A stretch of 64,000 nucleotides of DNA. Origin: Neodothiora populina (taxonomy: Eukaryota). The stretch covers positions 1,116,001 through 1,180,000 of the forward strand of contig NW_027191408.1 in the NCBI RefSeq assembly GCF_041146345.1. The letters run 5' to 3'. Positions 28,210 through 41,531 of this stretch are shown here, in pieces. Below the pieces are notes generated by a model. That model saw only the letters and a program-made list of their open reading frames with translations, was not told where the DNA came from and did not search any database. A program made the position numbers and the translations under genes. Each line of letters begins with the position of its first letter. Position 1 is the stretch's first letter.

Positions 28210-31200
28210 ATGGCTACCAGCGGGATGCCTCAGCACACGCAGGCCTCGTTGCCTGCGTTGCCTGCCCATCTCCAGACGGACACGCATCTCACAGCACATC
28301 TCGCCAGCAGATTCCATGTCTCTTTACCGACTGCCCAGCTGTCTTCGAGTGCTATAATCTCACTGAACACTTACACCTCGTCGACAAAAGGCCCTGATGG
28401 AGGCAAGGAGGGCAGCGCCATGGGCGCTGCCGAAGAGCTGGCCGCAAGAGCGTGGTCCAGACTGGGCGCCAGACAGGAAAACCAAGCCGTTGTCTTCCTG
28501 TAAGTCCTGCTCTTCGACAGAGCCGCTTTGGTCCATAGGACAATGATGATGATGTTCTTGTTGTTCTTGTTTTGATCGATACTAACACACCAATCTCCAA
28601 CAGGGGCGAGAGTGGTTCCGGCAAGACGACAATTCGCTCACACCTGTTGTCCTCCTTACTAAATCACACCTCCACTCCACTCTCCGGCAAGCTCTCGTAC
28701 GCCGCCTTCGTCTTCGATACCCTCACCACCACCAAGTCGGTCACTACGCCCACTGCTTCCAAGGCCGGTCTCTTCTTCGAGCTGCAGTATGAGACGACCG
28801 CCACCCTTCACCCTACCCTCATCGGCGGCAAAGTCCTCGATCACCGTCTCGAACGCAGCCGCATCGCATCGGTGCCACCCGGAGAGCGCAGTTTTCACAT
28901 CCTCTACTACCTTCTCGCCGGTACCAGTCCAGCCGAGAAGGACCATCTGGGCCTGAACCTCACTACTTTCTCCGCCAACAACAGACACTCGATTGGTGCC
29001 TCGCAAAAGAGATGGCGATACCTGGGCCACCCCTCCCAGCTCAAGGTTGGCATTAATGATGCCGAAGGGTTCCAGCACTTCAAGACCGCTCTGCGTAAGC
29101 TTGAATTTCCTCGCGAGGACATTGCCCGTATGTGCGAGATCTTGGCCGCTATCCTCCATATCGGTCAACTCGAGTTCGAGAGCACTCAATCCACCACTCC
29201 TGCACCTGATGATTCCGGCGGCTACTCTCATGAGGGTGGCGAGGACGTCACGGCCGTAAAAAACAAGGAGGTCTTGAACATCGTCGCTGCCTTCCTGGGA
29301 GTCAGCGAGAGACACCTGGAGGAGAGCCTGGGATACAGGACCAAGACCCTCCACCGTGAACGTGTCACTGTCATGCTTGATCCCAAGGGCGCCAGAGAGA
29401 ATGCCGACGAGCTTGCTCGCACCCTGTATTCTCTGCTGGTAGCTTTCATCATGGAGAAGGTCAATTCGAGACTCTGTGCACCCGAAGACAGCATCGGAAA
29501 CACCATCTCCATCGTGGATTTCCCTGGCTTCGTCCAGACGTCCCCAACCGGTTCCGTGCTTGACCAACTCCTCAACAATGCCGCTACCGAGTCTCTCTAC
29601 AACTTCGCCCTCCAGTCCTACTTTGAGCGCAAGGCCGATTTGCTCGAGACCGAGGAGGTCAGCGTGCCTGCTACGAGCTACTTCGACAACACAGACGCCG
29701 TCAAGGGTCTGCTGAAATCTGGCAACGGCCTACTCAGCATCATGGACGACCAGATGCGCCGCGGAAAGTCAGACATGCAATTCCTTGAGAGCATCAGGAA
29801 GCGTTTCATGGGAAAGAACCCTGCCATTGAGGCGGGTAGTGCCTCTGCTCACATTCCTGGTAGCAACTTTGCCACGCCCAATGCCGCAGCCACGTTTACC
29901 GTGAGACACTTTGCTGGAGAGGTCGACTACCCCGTCGATGGTCTTCTCGAGGCCAACGGCGAAGTCATCTCCGGCGATCTCATGAACCTGATCGCAAAGT
30001 CTTCAAGTGACTTTGTTGTCGAGTTGTTCGGCCAGGAGGCGCTGAACAAGGTTGTCCATCCCCGTGAGCGATCAGCTGTGGTCCAGGCGTCCGTGGCCTC
30101 CAAGCCCTCTCGCATGCCTAGCACCGCGAAGCGAAACGGAAGACCTGTCCGACTCGGCACGAGACGTGACCAGGACGATGGCAGTGATGAAGGCGGAAGG
30201 AGCGCTTCGAGGAGCCGTAGGATCGATGCCGGATCGCAGGAAGGTGCTGCCGCTCAGTTCGTGACATCTATCAACAACATCACCAAAGCGCTGTCAGCTC
30301 CGGGAACGAACCCTTACTTCGTCTTCTGCTTGAAGCCCAACGATCGAAGAATAGCCAACCAGTTCGACTCTAAGTGCGTCCGCACTCAAGTCCAGACCTT
30401 CGGAATCGCCGAAATCAGTCAACGTCTGCGGAACGCCGACTTCAGTGTGTTCATGCCCTTTACGGAATTTCTCGGCGCCGCCGAGGGCGAGGTGTCAGTC
30501 ATTGGCAGTGACAGAGAGAAGGCGGAGATGATCCTCGACGAGAAGAGCTGGCCCAGCAATGAAGCCCGTGTGGGCGCTACTGGTGTCTTCCTTTCCGAGA
30601 GATGCTGGAGACAGGTGGCCAACATAGAAGGACTCGACGCAGCTCCTGCCAGCTATCACGATGAGACAGCCTACGGCGAACACAATGCAGCAGGCCTTCT
30701 GACGCCTGATGCGGCTGGCCGAATGAACCAGAGCGATTCAAGAATCAATCTGCTCAATTCTACGGCTACGTCGCCCGGTGCTTTCTACCATGATGACAAA
30801 ACTGCTGGCTACTTCGGCAGCAGGGATCTTGATGCGAAATCTGAGGCTGGTGCTTCAGCATTCCACCAAGGCGACATGTTCCATAACCTTGAGACAAGAT
30901 CACAACTAGCCGAGAAGGGCAACGAAACGAAAATGGCCGAGATCGACGTGCTTCCAGTCAGCGGAAGTCGCAAGAGATGGCTTTTCTTCGTCTGGTTGTG
31001 GACCTGGTGGGTTCCCGATTTCTTCATTCGGAAGATCGGTCGTATGCCCCGCAAGGATATCCGAGTGGCATGGCGAGAGAAGTTTGCGATCAACATGATG
31101 ATTTGGTTCAGCTGTGGTTTCGTCGTCTTCTTCATGATAGGGTTTCCCGCCCTCATTTGTCCCACTCAGCATGTCTACTCGGCTGGCGAATTATCTTCTC

Positions 31201-33950
31201 ACAACGGCAAAGGCAAAGCGAACTCGTTTGTTTCCATTCGAGGTGTCGTGTTCAATCTCGGCGACTTTGAGAACGTTCATTACCCAAACATCGTTCCAAC
31301 CAAGGATTTGCAAAAGTATGCCGGAATTGATGCTACAAACTTGTTCCCCATTCAAGTGTCTGCTCTCTGCCAAGGCGTAAATGCCACTGGTATCGATCCC
31401 GCCGTCCAGCTCAATTACAAAAACACAAACTACACCGGAATGGCTTCGACTATCAGCAGCACCGACAAACACGCCCAGTACCATGACTTCCGCTGGGCTA
31501 CCAATGACTATCGTCCCGATTGGTTTGCCGAGCAAATGATCATGCTGCGAGGAAACTACAAAAAGGGCAACATCGGATACACAGCGAACTACATCAAGAA
31601 GCTGGGCAACAAACGACAGTCAATTGCCATCATCAACAAACGCATCTACGACTTCACCGATTACATTGTCGGCGGTCGCACCTCGCAGTACCCTCCCGGC
31701 ACCGATATGTCAACTGTCACTCCTCCAGATACCAACTTCATGGACCAGGATCTCGTCGACCTTTTCCAGCAGCGTGCTGGTCAAGATATCACCAAGGACT
31801 TCAAGAGACTCGACATGGACCCAGGTCTCCGACAACGTATGCAAACTTGCATGGACAATCTTTTCTATGTTGGTGATGTCGACCACAGAAACTCCGCTCG
31901 TTGCTTGTTCGCAACTTATCTGCTGCTTGCTATATCCTTGTTTTTGGTTGCGGTCATCCTTGTCAAATTCGTCGCCGCCCTGCAATTTGGTGGAAATAAC
32001 ATGCCGGAGAATCTCGACAAGTTCATCATCTGCACTGTCCCGGCATATACAGAAGACGAAGACTCCTTGCGTCGTGCCATTGATTCTGCTGCGCGAATGA
32101 AGTATGACGACAAACGCAAATTGCTTATGGTCATCTGTGACGGTATGATCATTGGTCAAGGCAACGATCGTCCCACGCCTCGCATCGTCCTGGACATTCT
32201 TGGTGTGCCAGAGACCGTCGACCCAGAGCCTCTGAGTTTCGAATCTCTCGGTGAAGGACAGAAGCAGCACAACATGGGCAAAATCTACTCCGGACTTTAC
32301 GAAGTCGGTGGTCACATCGTACCCTTCCTTGTTGTCGTCAAGATTGGAAAGCCTTCCGAGGTCTCTCGTCCGGGTAACCGTGGTAAGCGTGATTCTCAGA
32401 TGATCTTCATGCGATTCCTCAACCGTATCCACTACAACATGCCCATGTCGCCCCTGGAGCTGGAAATGCATCATCACATACGAAACATCATTGGTGTGAA
32501 TCCGACGTTCTACGAGTTCTTGTTGCAAATCGATGCCGACACAGTCGTCGCTCCTGACGCTGCTACTCGCTTCGTCGCATCTTTCTTGCATGACACCCGC
32601 CTCCTTGCTGTGTGTGGTGAGACAGCCTTGTCCAACGCCAAGTCTTCCATTGTCACCATGATGCAAGTCTACGAGTACTACATCTCACATAACTTGATCA
32701 AAGCATTCGAGTCCCTCTTCGGTTCCGTCACCTGTCTTCCCGGTTGTTTCACCATGTATAGAATCCGTGCCGCGGACAGTGGCAAACCCCTGTTTGTCAG
32801 CAAGGAGATCATCGACGACTATTCCGTCGTGCGTGTCGACACCTTGCACATGAAGAACCTTTTGCATCTTGGTGAGGACAGATATCTCACGACCCTGCTC
32901 CTGAAATATCACCCCAAGTACAAGACAAAGTTCATCTTCCGCGCACACGCCTGGACTATCGCTCCCGACTCGTGGGCTGTCTTCATGTCTCAACGTCGTC
33001 GCTGGATCAACTCTACTGTTCACAACCTTGCGGAACTTGTTCCCATGGCCGAGCTCTGCGGTTTCTGCTGTTTCTCCATGAGATTCGTTGTCATCCTCGA
33101 TTTGATCTCCACTCTCGTCCAACCAGTGCTTGTGGCTTACCTGGTCTATCTGATTGTTCGTATAGCGGAAAACCCGTCCGCGATCCCTGTCACGTCTTTC
33201 GTCATGTTGGGCGCTGTGTATGGTTTACAAGCACTGATCTTCATTATTCGTCGCAAGTGGGACATGGTTGGCTGGATGATCATCTACATTCTTGCTATTC
33301 CGGTCTACTCACTCGCTTTACCATTGTATTCTTTCTGGCACATGGATGATTTCTCATGGGGTAACACTCGTGTGGTTGTCGGTGAAAAGGGCAACCAAGT
33401 CGTCGTGTCCGATGAGGGCAAATTTGATCCTGCTTCAATTCCCAAGAAGAAGTGGGAAGATTATCAGGCGGAGCTGTGGGAGGCTCAGACACAGACTCAA
33501 TCTCGTGCAGGCGACTTTGATGAGACTAAGAGTGTCATGAGCGGTGTGTCTTACGCGACAAGGTCTCAATTCCCTGGCATGGGCGGCAGCAGCGTGTATG
33601 ATCAACATGGATACGCATACCCACCCTCTCGAGCCATGTCACAACTTGGTGTACCGCCCGCCGGTGGTCCGTTCAACCAATCGAGGTTGTCGGTCGCTCA
33701 ATCTGCATATGGCGGTCACGCTGGTTTCGACCCGCAGCATGGCGGCATGGAGATGACTGACATCTCTAATCTGCCTACCGACGATGCTTTGCTTGCTGAG
33801 ATCCGCAACATCCTCAGCACCGCTGATCTAATGACCATCACGAAGAAGGGCGTCAAGCTGGAGCTCGAGCGGCGGTTCGGTATACCACTTGATGCGAAGA
33901 GAGCTTACATCGGTTCCGCCACCGAAGCTGTGCTCAGCGGGCAATTGTAA
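28210..33950 (+). CDS. csmA: Class V chitin synthase with myosin motor domain (CsmA/ChsV/Chs5 type), ~1878 aa; exons 28210-28499, 28604-33950
   Basis: Intron 28500-28603 (GTAAGT..ACTAAC..CAG) yields [13 protein letters not shown] (intact P-loop); [17 protein letters not shown], b5-like domains, [39 protein letters not shown]-like tail. Confidence 0.97.
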
Positions 33951-35298
33951 ATTGGCGATTGCATTGTTCTGAGTAATAGCAGCAGACGATTAAGCTTGGC
34001 GAGAATGGGTGTGGGTGTAGGAGTATAGGTGTGTCTTTACAGTCTTCTCGAGGAATAATACATCGCGGAGAGAGGGGGTTTAGTGTGAGGTCGATCCATC
34101 GTCTACTATCACTGGGCGGTAGTACGAATGGGATCTGCTATCCACATCATTCTTAGGAGACCATGCGTTGCATCTAGAAAGCGGCAGGCGTTTTGATATT
34201 TTTGTTCTATCTTGGGAAAATTTAACTTGGTCTATCTGTTCTATCATTAAAATCAAGAGTTGACGTTTTTGCGTGTCGCATTAGACTCATCTTAAACTCA
34301 TTTCCAACACGGGAATACATTTTGCGTACTCTTGTTGTCGAATGATATTGCGTTGGCCGCCTAGGAATGGGCAGGAGTGGCTGAGCTGACATGTAACGGC
34401 TTCTACAATATCATAGCCTATATAGTATAGAGCCAAGGCCCATCGCATGGAATCTGAATTTACCTTCAGTGATGAGAGTAGGTAATCAGAAAGCCAAGCG
34501 CTTACCTTGATTATACCGGTGAGACATGACCTCTCTCATCAATCTACTGTACAAAATTATTGTGCAGTACTACCGTATACACAGGTAGTCTGCCTCTCAG
34601 GGTGGTCGGTTTGCCGCAGCCCCTGCCAAGTCGACCGTTGGAGTGAGAAGTCCGGCCATGGACGCCGAAAACCTTCTCCGCTTGGTTTATGTAAACATGA
34701 CTGGTTTGTTGCATTGACGTCCACACTTCTACATGGCTTGTCAATAGATCCTCATGCGCTTGAAGCTCTTGCGATGGTTATTGGAGATATCAGAGTCTAG
34801 GCAGAGTCGGGAAGCAATTTCTGATACAAGATCCAGTGTGGCAGTTGCGCTGTATGTCCAATAGAGCTGTACAGCTGAAAAAGCCGTTGACGATATCAAC
34901 GGTACCTCATCAAATCTCCCTTTCTCGACTGTCCGAAACCGTTTTCACAGAATAGGCCGACCTGACAGGCCTCCTGAGCGCCATGTTCGCATAGCACATC
35001 CCTGCCTAATCGCGGGCAGAGGCGACATTAGGGAGTCCTTCCGTTTAGGGGCCTAGACTATATACCTGGTACGATAGGTAAAGTTTTTCTTTTCTTCTTT
35101 TCTGCTTGCGATTTGTGTAAGGTCTAAACTTTCGTCTCTCTTCTTTGTCGTTGGTTTATCGTTGCTGTTTGGTGTATACGATGAGTGTTGTTGTCTGCTG
35201 TATGTGGTAGTAAGGTTTCTCACACACTCGTATACGACCACGACGAGTGTTCATATTCAGTTACTGTCACGCGTCTGTCGTGCAACCACTCTTTCAAC

Positions 35299-37737
35299 AT
35301 GTCTCTCAAGTCGATATTTGACATAATACCTGTTCTTTGCGTTTTGCTCTTACTACCTGCGTTATCCAATGCAGACGTCGGTCCCTTTCACAACAGCCAA
35401 GAATACGACGATGGTAAATACTGGAGTTATCCTATCCAGAGATATGTTACAGAGCCGGGCTACACGATACCAGTCGGCAATATTCTGGTCCCACCTACGG
35501 ATGAAGCATCGAAATCGCCGTATATAACCTGGACGCCGGTCGGATTTGGTGGCGGTATGAACGACAATGGACCCATGATCCTGAATGCTACGGATCTGTC
35601 ATTAGTGTATCAGGCTCCTGAAATCCATCTGTACGGTAGCAAGATGGCGTGGTTCCGCGAGTCCATAGGAGCTACTGTGCAGATATGTAATGGTACTGAC
35701 TACTTGACGTGGTGGGGTGGAAAGGGAGAATGGGGCCGCAAGGGTGGAAGATATTATATGGTATTCACGGTTATCTGATGTCGAATGGCAAGGCCGTTGA
35801 CTGACCAAAGACAGCTTGACTCGAATTACAACCTCGCCTACAATCTTTCAGCAATCAACCATACTTATGGCGATGCTCACGAGTTTGTCATAACGCCACA
35901 ATGTACGGCCATTTTCACAGTCTACGAGCCGATGAAACATGATCTGTCCGTCTTTGGCGTCAAGGACGGAAGCATCATCGATTCTTATTTTCAGGAAATT
36001 GACATCGCAACTAACGAGCTTCTCTTTGAGTGGCGCGCGTCCGATTTTGTCAACATTACCGATTCTTACGGCGATCCTCACAAGTTCAAGCAAGGTTCTG
36101 TGATCTGGGATGCCTTTGACTACTTCCACATTAACAGTGTAGACAAGGATGTCTTTGGTAATTATCTAGTCAGCTCCCGTCACATGAAGGCTCTGTACTA
36201 TGTCGATGGCCGCAATGGATCTATAATCTGGACTCTTGGTGGCAAGAAGAACGACTTCAGTGATCTGTCGGGAGGCAACGCCACGAATTTCGCCTGGCAA
36301 CATCATGCGCGATGGGCTTCAGATGTCACCAAAGAACATACCTTGATCTCGCTTTTCGACAACCGTAACTCACGGTACGAGTATGCACCAGACCCAGTGA
36401 GCAGAGGCATGATCGTCAGCATCGATACCAAGGCTTTCACTGCAGAGTTGGTACAGGAGTATCGCGCGCCATCGAACATTACGTCCGTCCGAGAAGGTGG
36501 CATGCAACTTCTTCCAGATACACCTGGGAATGTCTTGCTAGGCTGGGGCAACGAGCCTGGACTGACAGAGTACACCGCCTCAGGCGAGATTGTCTACGAT
36601 ATCAGATTTGGACCACTTGACCGCGATAGGAAATCAGCAGACAACTACCGACCGGCCAAGGTAAACTGGACTGGTGCGCCGACTTGGAAGCCCAAGATTG
36701 CTTCTGCTCCGGGAAACATAACGCTGTTCTACCCACTCCGAGAAAACATGACTCTCGAAGAGAAGAGCGTAGACGGGAAGAAGAACGATACTATTTTCGT
36801 GTCATGGAACGGAGCAACTGATGTGCGCGAATGGATAATCCTCGCCTCCGCTTCTCCACCTCCAAAGTACGATACCGGAGCAGAAAGCAGAGACGTACCC
36901 GCCTTGCAATCAATAAACGACATCTTCGCCATAATCCCCAAACAAGGTTTCGAGTCCAATATGTCCATCTCCACGACCGAAACCGAGAAGAACGTGCGAA
37001 TAGCCTACGTCTGCGCCATAGCCATATCACATAACAACACGGTCCTCTCAGCAACAGACATCCTGCACCTCCCCTCCAACACCGTCCACCTCCCTGACGA
37101 GAACAACAACACGAACATCCCTCCCTTCGACCTCCAGTCCTTCAGCACAGCCTACTCCCTCCTCCCACCCTCGACACAATCCTCGCTCCGCCAAGCCACA
37201 AACCCGCACTGGCCCCCCTCTCCCTCGACAACGCTCCAAAAAGTCCAAGAAAAATGGTCCTTATCCCGTCTCTCAACCCTCCGTTTCTGGCCCCTAGCAG
37301 GCATTCTCCTCGGCAGCCTAACAGGAATCTACATTCTATTCGTCTCCGTGCGCGTCTTCATCCTCGAACGCCGCCTCGGGCTCCGTCGTCGCGGCCGTCA
37401 ATTCCATCACTCGGGGCGATATGCTCGCGTAGGACGCTTCTCGACGCTTCTTGGAGGCGGAGGCTGGGGCAGAGATAGTCTCGACAGCGACGAGGGCTAC
37501 GATGATCATGGAAAAGTGGAGATGGGCGTCCGCATCCGACTGGTGGACTGTGAAGGCGAGGACAAGGAATTGTCGCTGTCTTCGTCGTCGTCTTCGGTGT
37601 CGTCGTCGTCTTCGGTTGGGGAAGGTGGGTTAGGGGTTGTGGAGGTTCTGAGGGGCGATGGGGAGAGGGAGAGGGAACGCGAGGGGAGGAAGAGGTGGAG
37701 GGACGAATGGAGTGTCAAGTCACATAAGGGTGTTTAG
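35299..37737 (+). CDS. Arylsulfotransferase (ASST)-domain protein with signal peptide and C-terminal TM helix, ~794 aa; exons 35299-35760, 35815-37737
   Basis: Motifs GDAHEFVIT, FQEIDIATNELLFEWRASD, DYFHINSVDKD..GNYLVSSRH, IIWTLGGKKNDF, FAWQHHARW, ISLFDN, VSWNGATDVREW. Hydrophobic leader IIPVLCVLLLLPALSNA; TM LAGILLGSLTGIYILFVSV; intron 35761-35814. Confidence 0.88.
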
Positions 37738-38354
37738 GGATGGTTTGTTCTGTCGTTTGGGCTTGAGCGCTAGTTTCAGGCGTGCTTCAGCTTAGGCTTG
37801 TGGGCTGGGTGGGCACGGGGATGGAGTCAATGGGATATGAATATGATAATGAAATGTGTGTTTTTACTCGTCGCGTAGCTACGCTGTGCCTCTTCCTCTA
37901 CTGTTTACCATTCTATTCGCATCTGGCCAGTAACCCTCGACTCGATCATCAGTCCTCTATATCACAATATCAACATCTGCCAAACAAAGATACACGCATA
38001 CCATCGAAACGCCACGCATACCATCAAAACGCCACAAACACCCTTCGGCATTGACTCAAGCTGCGCTCAGCACAGTCCTCACACGAAAGCATACGCGATA
38101 ATCGACGAAGCCGTTGTGATAAGAAAAGACTAAAAAAACGCGATATATACAAATCATCCACTACCTGCCTGCGCTTAACGATTGGATTCGTTCGAAACCA
38201 TGCCCTTCCCTACTTCTAATCCTCCATTCCATGCGCTTCGAAAACATTCAGCAGCGAGAAGAGAGCACGACGACGCTCCTCTGTCTTCTTTTCCTTCTTC
38301 AGCCGGATGAACCGACCGTTCACCAATTCAGGCGAAAAGGATGCAAGTATAGGC

Positions 38355-39233
38355 TCAGATGAACAGCACTAAAGCAGCAGCAGCAGCTCCGAGACCCATG
38401 CCTGCAGCGGCAACAGTCTGTTGAGGGCCAGCGGCGCCGCTGAAGCTTGATAGAGACGGAGTAGAGGTGGCGCTACTGCTGCTGATGCTTCCTGTTTGTG
38501 TGGGGGATGTGGTTTGTGGTACCGGAGCGGATTCGGATTCGGATGAAGATGGGGAAGTAGAGGAGGAGGAAGGGGAAGGAGCAGTAGAGATAGGAGAGAC
38601 GATTATCGTGCTCCCTTCCGCCGAAGACGAACCAGAAGACAGCGTCGATGCAGTACTGACAGTAGCTGTAGCACTACCAGTAGCAGACGCAGTAGTGATA
38701 ACAGTCGTACTATCACCCGTAGTCCTGACGCTTCCAAAAGCCGAAGAATCGACGGAGAAAGTGGCGAAACTCGAACTCTCGGCCGGGTTCAACGACACTG
38801 AAGTCGCAGTCACCGTGTTGCCTCCCGTTGCGGTCGTGGTGGGCGCATCGCCGCCCAGACCTGCGATGATGAAATCCTCGCTCTGCGCCACGAAGGCACT
38901 TCCTTCGTTGGCTACCGAGTTGAAGTTCAAGCGCCATCCGCCCCCGTTGCTTACGCCCGAGAGCGCAAGGACTGCCGTGGCGGGTAGAGTGAACGAGTAG
39001 TCGTTGACGAGGATCTTTTGGACTATGGAGCGAGAAAAGGAGCCTGAATTCGATGGCTGCACAATGTCAATGTTCATGTGTGCTGGATCGATCGTCGAGT
39101 TGCGTTCCCATGTTATCGTGAAGTTCTGAGGAGTCAGGACAGTGCCTGCCGATGGAGAGGTGACATCGAGGCCCGCTACAAGGGTCGAGAATAGGGCTGG
39201 GGCGAAAGCGACAAGGGAAATTGAGGATCGCAT
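38355..39233 (-). CDS. Ser/Thr-rich GPI-anchored cell-wall/membrane protein with N-terminal Kre9/Knh1-like Ig-fold domain, 292 aa
   Basis: Signal peptide MRSSISLVAFAPALFSTLVAG; VTSPSAG..FTITW..DP...AQSEDF; long S/T tract; C-terminal FSGAAG..AAAGMGLGAAAAALVLFI GPI signal. Confidence 0.85.
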   Translation of the reverse strand: MRSSISLVAFAPALFSTLVAGLDVTSPSAGTVLTPQNFTITWERNSTIDPAHMNIDIVQPSNSGSFSRSIVQKILVNDYSFTLPATAVLALSGVSNGGGWRLNFNSVANEGSAFVAQSEDFIIAGLGGDAPTTTATGGNTVTATSVSLNPAESSSFATFSVDSSAFGSVRTTGDSTTVITTASATGSATATVSTASTLSSGSSSAEGSTIIVSPISTAPSPSSSSTSPSSSESESAPVPQTTSPTQTGSISSSSATSTPSLSSFSGAAGPQQTVAAAGMGLGAAAAALVLFI

Positions 39234-40150
39234 GATGGGCAAAGTTGCTTATATTCGTCATGCAGGTGTAGAAGAAAGAAGATCTGAATGAAACAGAAAA
39301 GGGCAGACGATGCAATATTAGATCACTCGTCATATCGACAGGACAGGCATACGTATATGCTTATGTACGTATCGTCATTCCTTCACTTACGTGGATCCGG
39401 GAAGAAACAGAAACTCAACACAGGTACGTAACCAGGAGGCTGAAGGTAATCCTGTCTACTTGACCTCAAGCAGCAAAGCTCCCCTACGGAAGACAGCCCG
39501 ATTCAGCCATCCGCCGCGGCTCTGTCTTGATTATATGTCCGAAAGGAAACGTCACGCATAGCGGCATCTTCTAGGCAGGATGCAGCAGTACACATGTGAA
39601 GAAGTGATTCGCGAATGTCAGCACACAAATTACTGTTCGTGGATGGTCCAAGGTCTGTAGTTTCCGGATTCGGGGAAGTGTTTCGGACAATTGAATGGAC
39701 TTCCCGAAAGCCAAAGCTTGTCGGCCTCGCTGCAGGGCTCGAGCGTCTATATTTATCTACATACAAGTCCCATCTCACCAGGATTAACCATGCACGCTGT
39801 CCACAGTCGTTACTGTACTCGAGGGGTCAGGACAAAACGACAGGTACTGGTGTACATCTATCATTGCGAAGATGATTGTCCTGTAAAAGTGTCCAAGGGT
39901 TCGTTCATAAGCTACACTGTTTCGCCGCTGATCATCTAGCTGCACATCTCGCAGTTCGGAGAATAAGGTACAGTGATTATGGATCCTATAGGTCCGCTGA
40001 CTCTACCTATATCTTGTAGCGCCCGCGCAAAGCACATTACTCGTGTTCGTGCCTGATCTACCGTTTCGGACATTGGCATCTCCCAAGGCTCTTGTCGTGT
40101 TGGCACTCAGAATGAATAGCGGATAGGAGAAGTGCAGTGTTGAACTTATT

Positions 40151-40195
40151 ATACGAAGGGCTTACAATACGAAGGGCTTACAATACGAAGGGCTT
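40151..40195. repeat. Tandem repeat, 16-bp unit ATACGAAGGGCTTACA x ~2.8
   Basis: Read directly: two exact copies plus a 13-nt partial copy. Confidence 0.9.
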
Positions 40196-41082
40196 GGTCA
40201 AATGCCAATTTACCCCGTGCGGCTGATCTGCCCATGAAGGGAGTAAGGCATTATGCCATTGCATCGTTCATTGCTAGGTAATTGGCATCTTCTATGTCTA
40301 TCCACTACCCACCACGTGCTATAGCACTGTATAGTACCTTGATTAGTTAGGTCATCTCCCAGAGGGAAGCTTGACCCGCCCATGATTTGTTCGTCGTTTT
40401 CTGATGTCAGCCGGAGCTCGAGGTGGGAACATCTCATGGGTTATGACGCGTAGCAGCACAAGTTGATATCTTGCTGTCAACCCTAACTCCTACAAAGCGC
40501 GGAATTGACAAGAAGCCGAACAAAGATACCATTCAAGATCCGAGCTCACCTCGATTGAGGTGCAAGTTCATCACTTTTGCTTCAATCCCTCGGAGTAGTT
40601 TGCGATATCAGGTAGTATACATATACATTCGAGTATCATGCTTGATCATCTGTGGGTCGACCATTGACTTGTCAAACGAGGAATGTCCACCAGCTTGAGC
40701 CGCAGCCGAGGCAGCTGCTAAGCTTTCGACGCAGGCCTTCGCGGCGCTCCAGAAGCAGATCATTGTTTCACACAGCTTGCGAGTTCGAGTATTATCCTGT
40801 ATATCTCCTTGTTCTCATGACAGTCACTCGCGCGCTGAAGCTGACTTCGATGTTACAGGCCATCAGCAACACCGAAGAGCATCTCGGTCGAGGCTGCTGA
40901 TGACGTAATGATATACGAGTGACGGTAGAGGAAACAAGTACCTGAACTACAGCAGGGCAAGGCTTACAATTGGTTTCTTGCTCAATCACGCGGTGTGAGG
41001 ACCTGACTATTGCTGTGGTAGGTTTGCATATAGCCGATATACTGCTATTCATCCTCCCCAGGCTGTCCTGTATTTGAACGCT

Positions 41083-41124
41083 AGAATGGATGCATATTAC
41101 ACAGAATGGATGCAAATTACACAG
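41083..41124. repeat. Tandem duplication, 20-bp unit AGAATGGATGCA(T/A)ATTACAC x2, upstream of mdh1
   Basis: Read directly; one mismatch between the copies. Confidence 0.8.
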
Positions 41125-41531
41125 AGCTGAGTGCAGCAAGAATCTAGCATTCGGCTACAGTCAGCAATGGTCCATGACTGCTGACACTGCTACACCCATC
41201 CTCTGGTCCGCAGGCTCACGTGCATAGAAAGACCGTGAAGAGTCGGAAAAGAGGGGTCATGTTGCGGAGGAGGTGCAGCGGCAAGGTAGGAAGAGATGCG
41301 GGACTAAGGAAGAATGAGGAAACGAAGTGGCCTCTGATGAGGAGCTTGGCGGGATTGTGGATTGTGGAGCTTTGACCCTCTGACCACGGGCGCCGTCGTG
41401 TCCGCTCCTTCCCCGAAGCCGAAACAACTTTCTCCATCCCAGACAGACAGAGACACTTCGATTCTCCTCCATCTCGGTCAATACCACTACACCACCACAT
41501 CCTCTTTCTCCTTTCATCTTCTTAATTCAAG

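Noticed and set aside
40479..40487. AACCCTAAC, and TTAGGGTTAG at ~13216, as a possible telomerase RNA template
   Set aside because: A few such 9-mers are expected by chance in 64 kb. The 13216 copy is an intron branch point (GCTAAC). The 40479 copy has only ~1 kb before mdh1 and no recognisable pseudoknot. TAACCTAA at ~48165 does not match TTAGGG.
40897..40955. CTGATGA...GAAA hammerhead-like core
   Set aside because: Stem II does not close next to GAAA and no stem III with a UH cleavage site can be formed.
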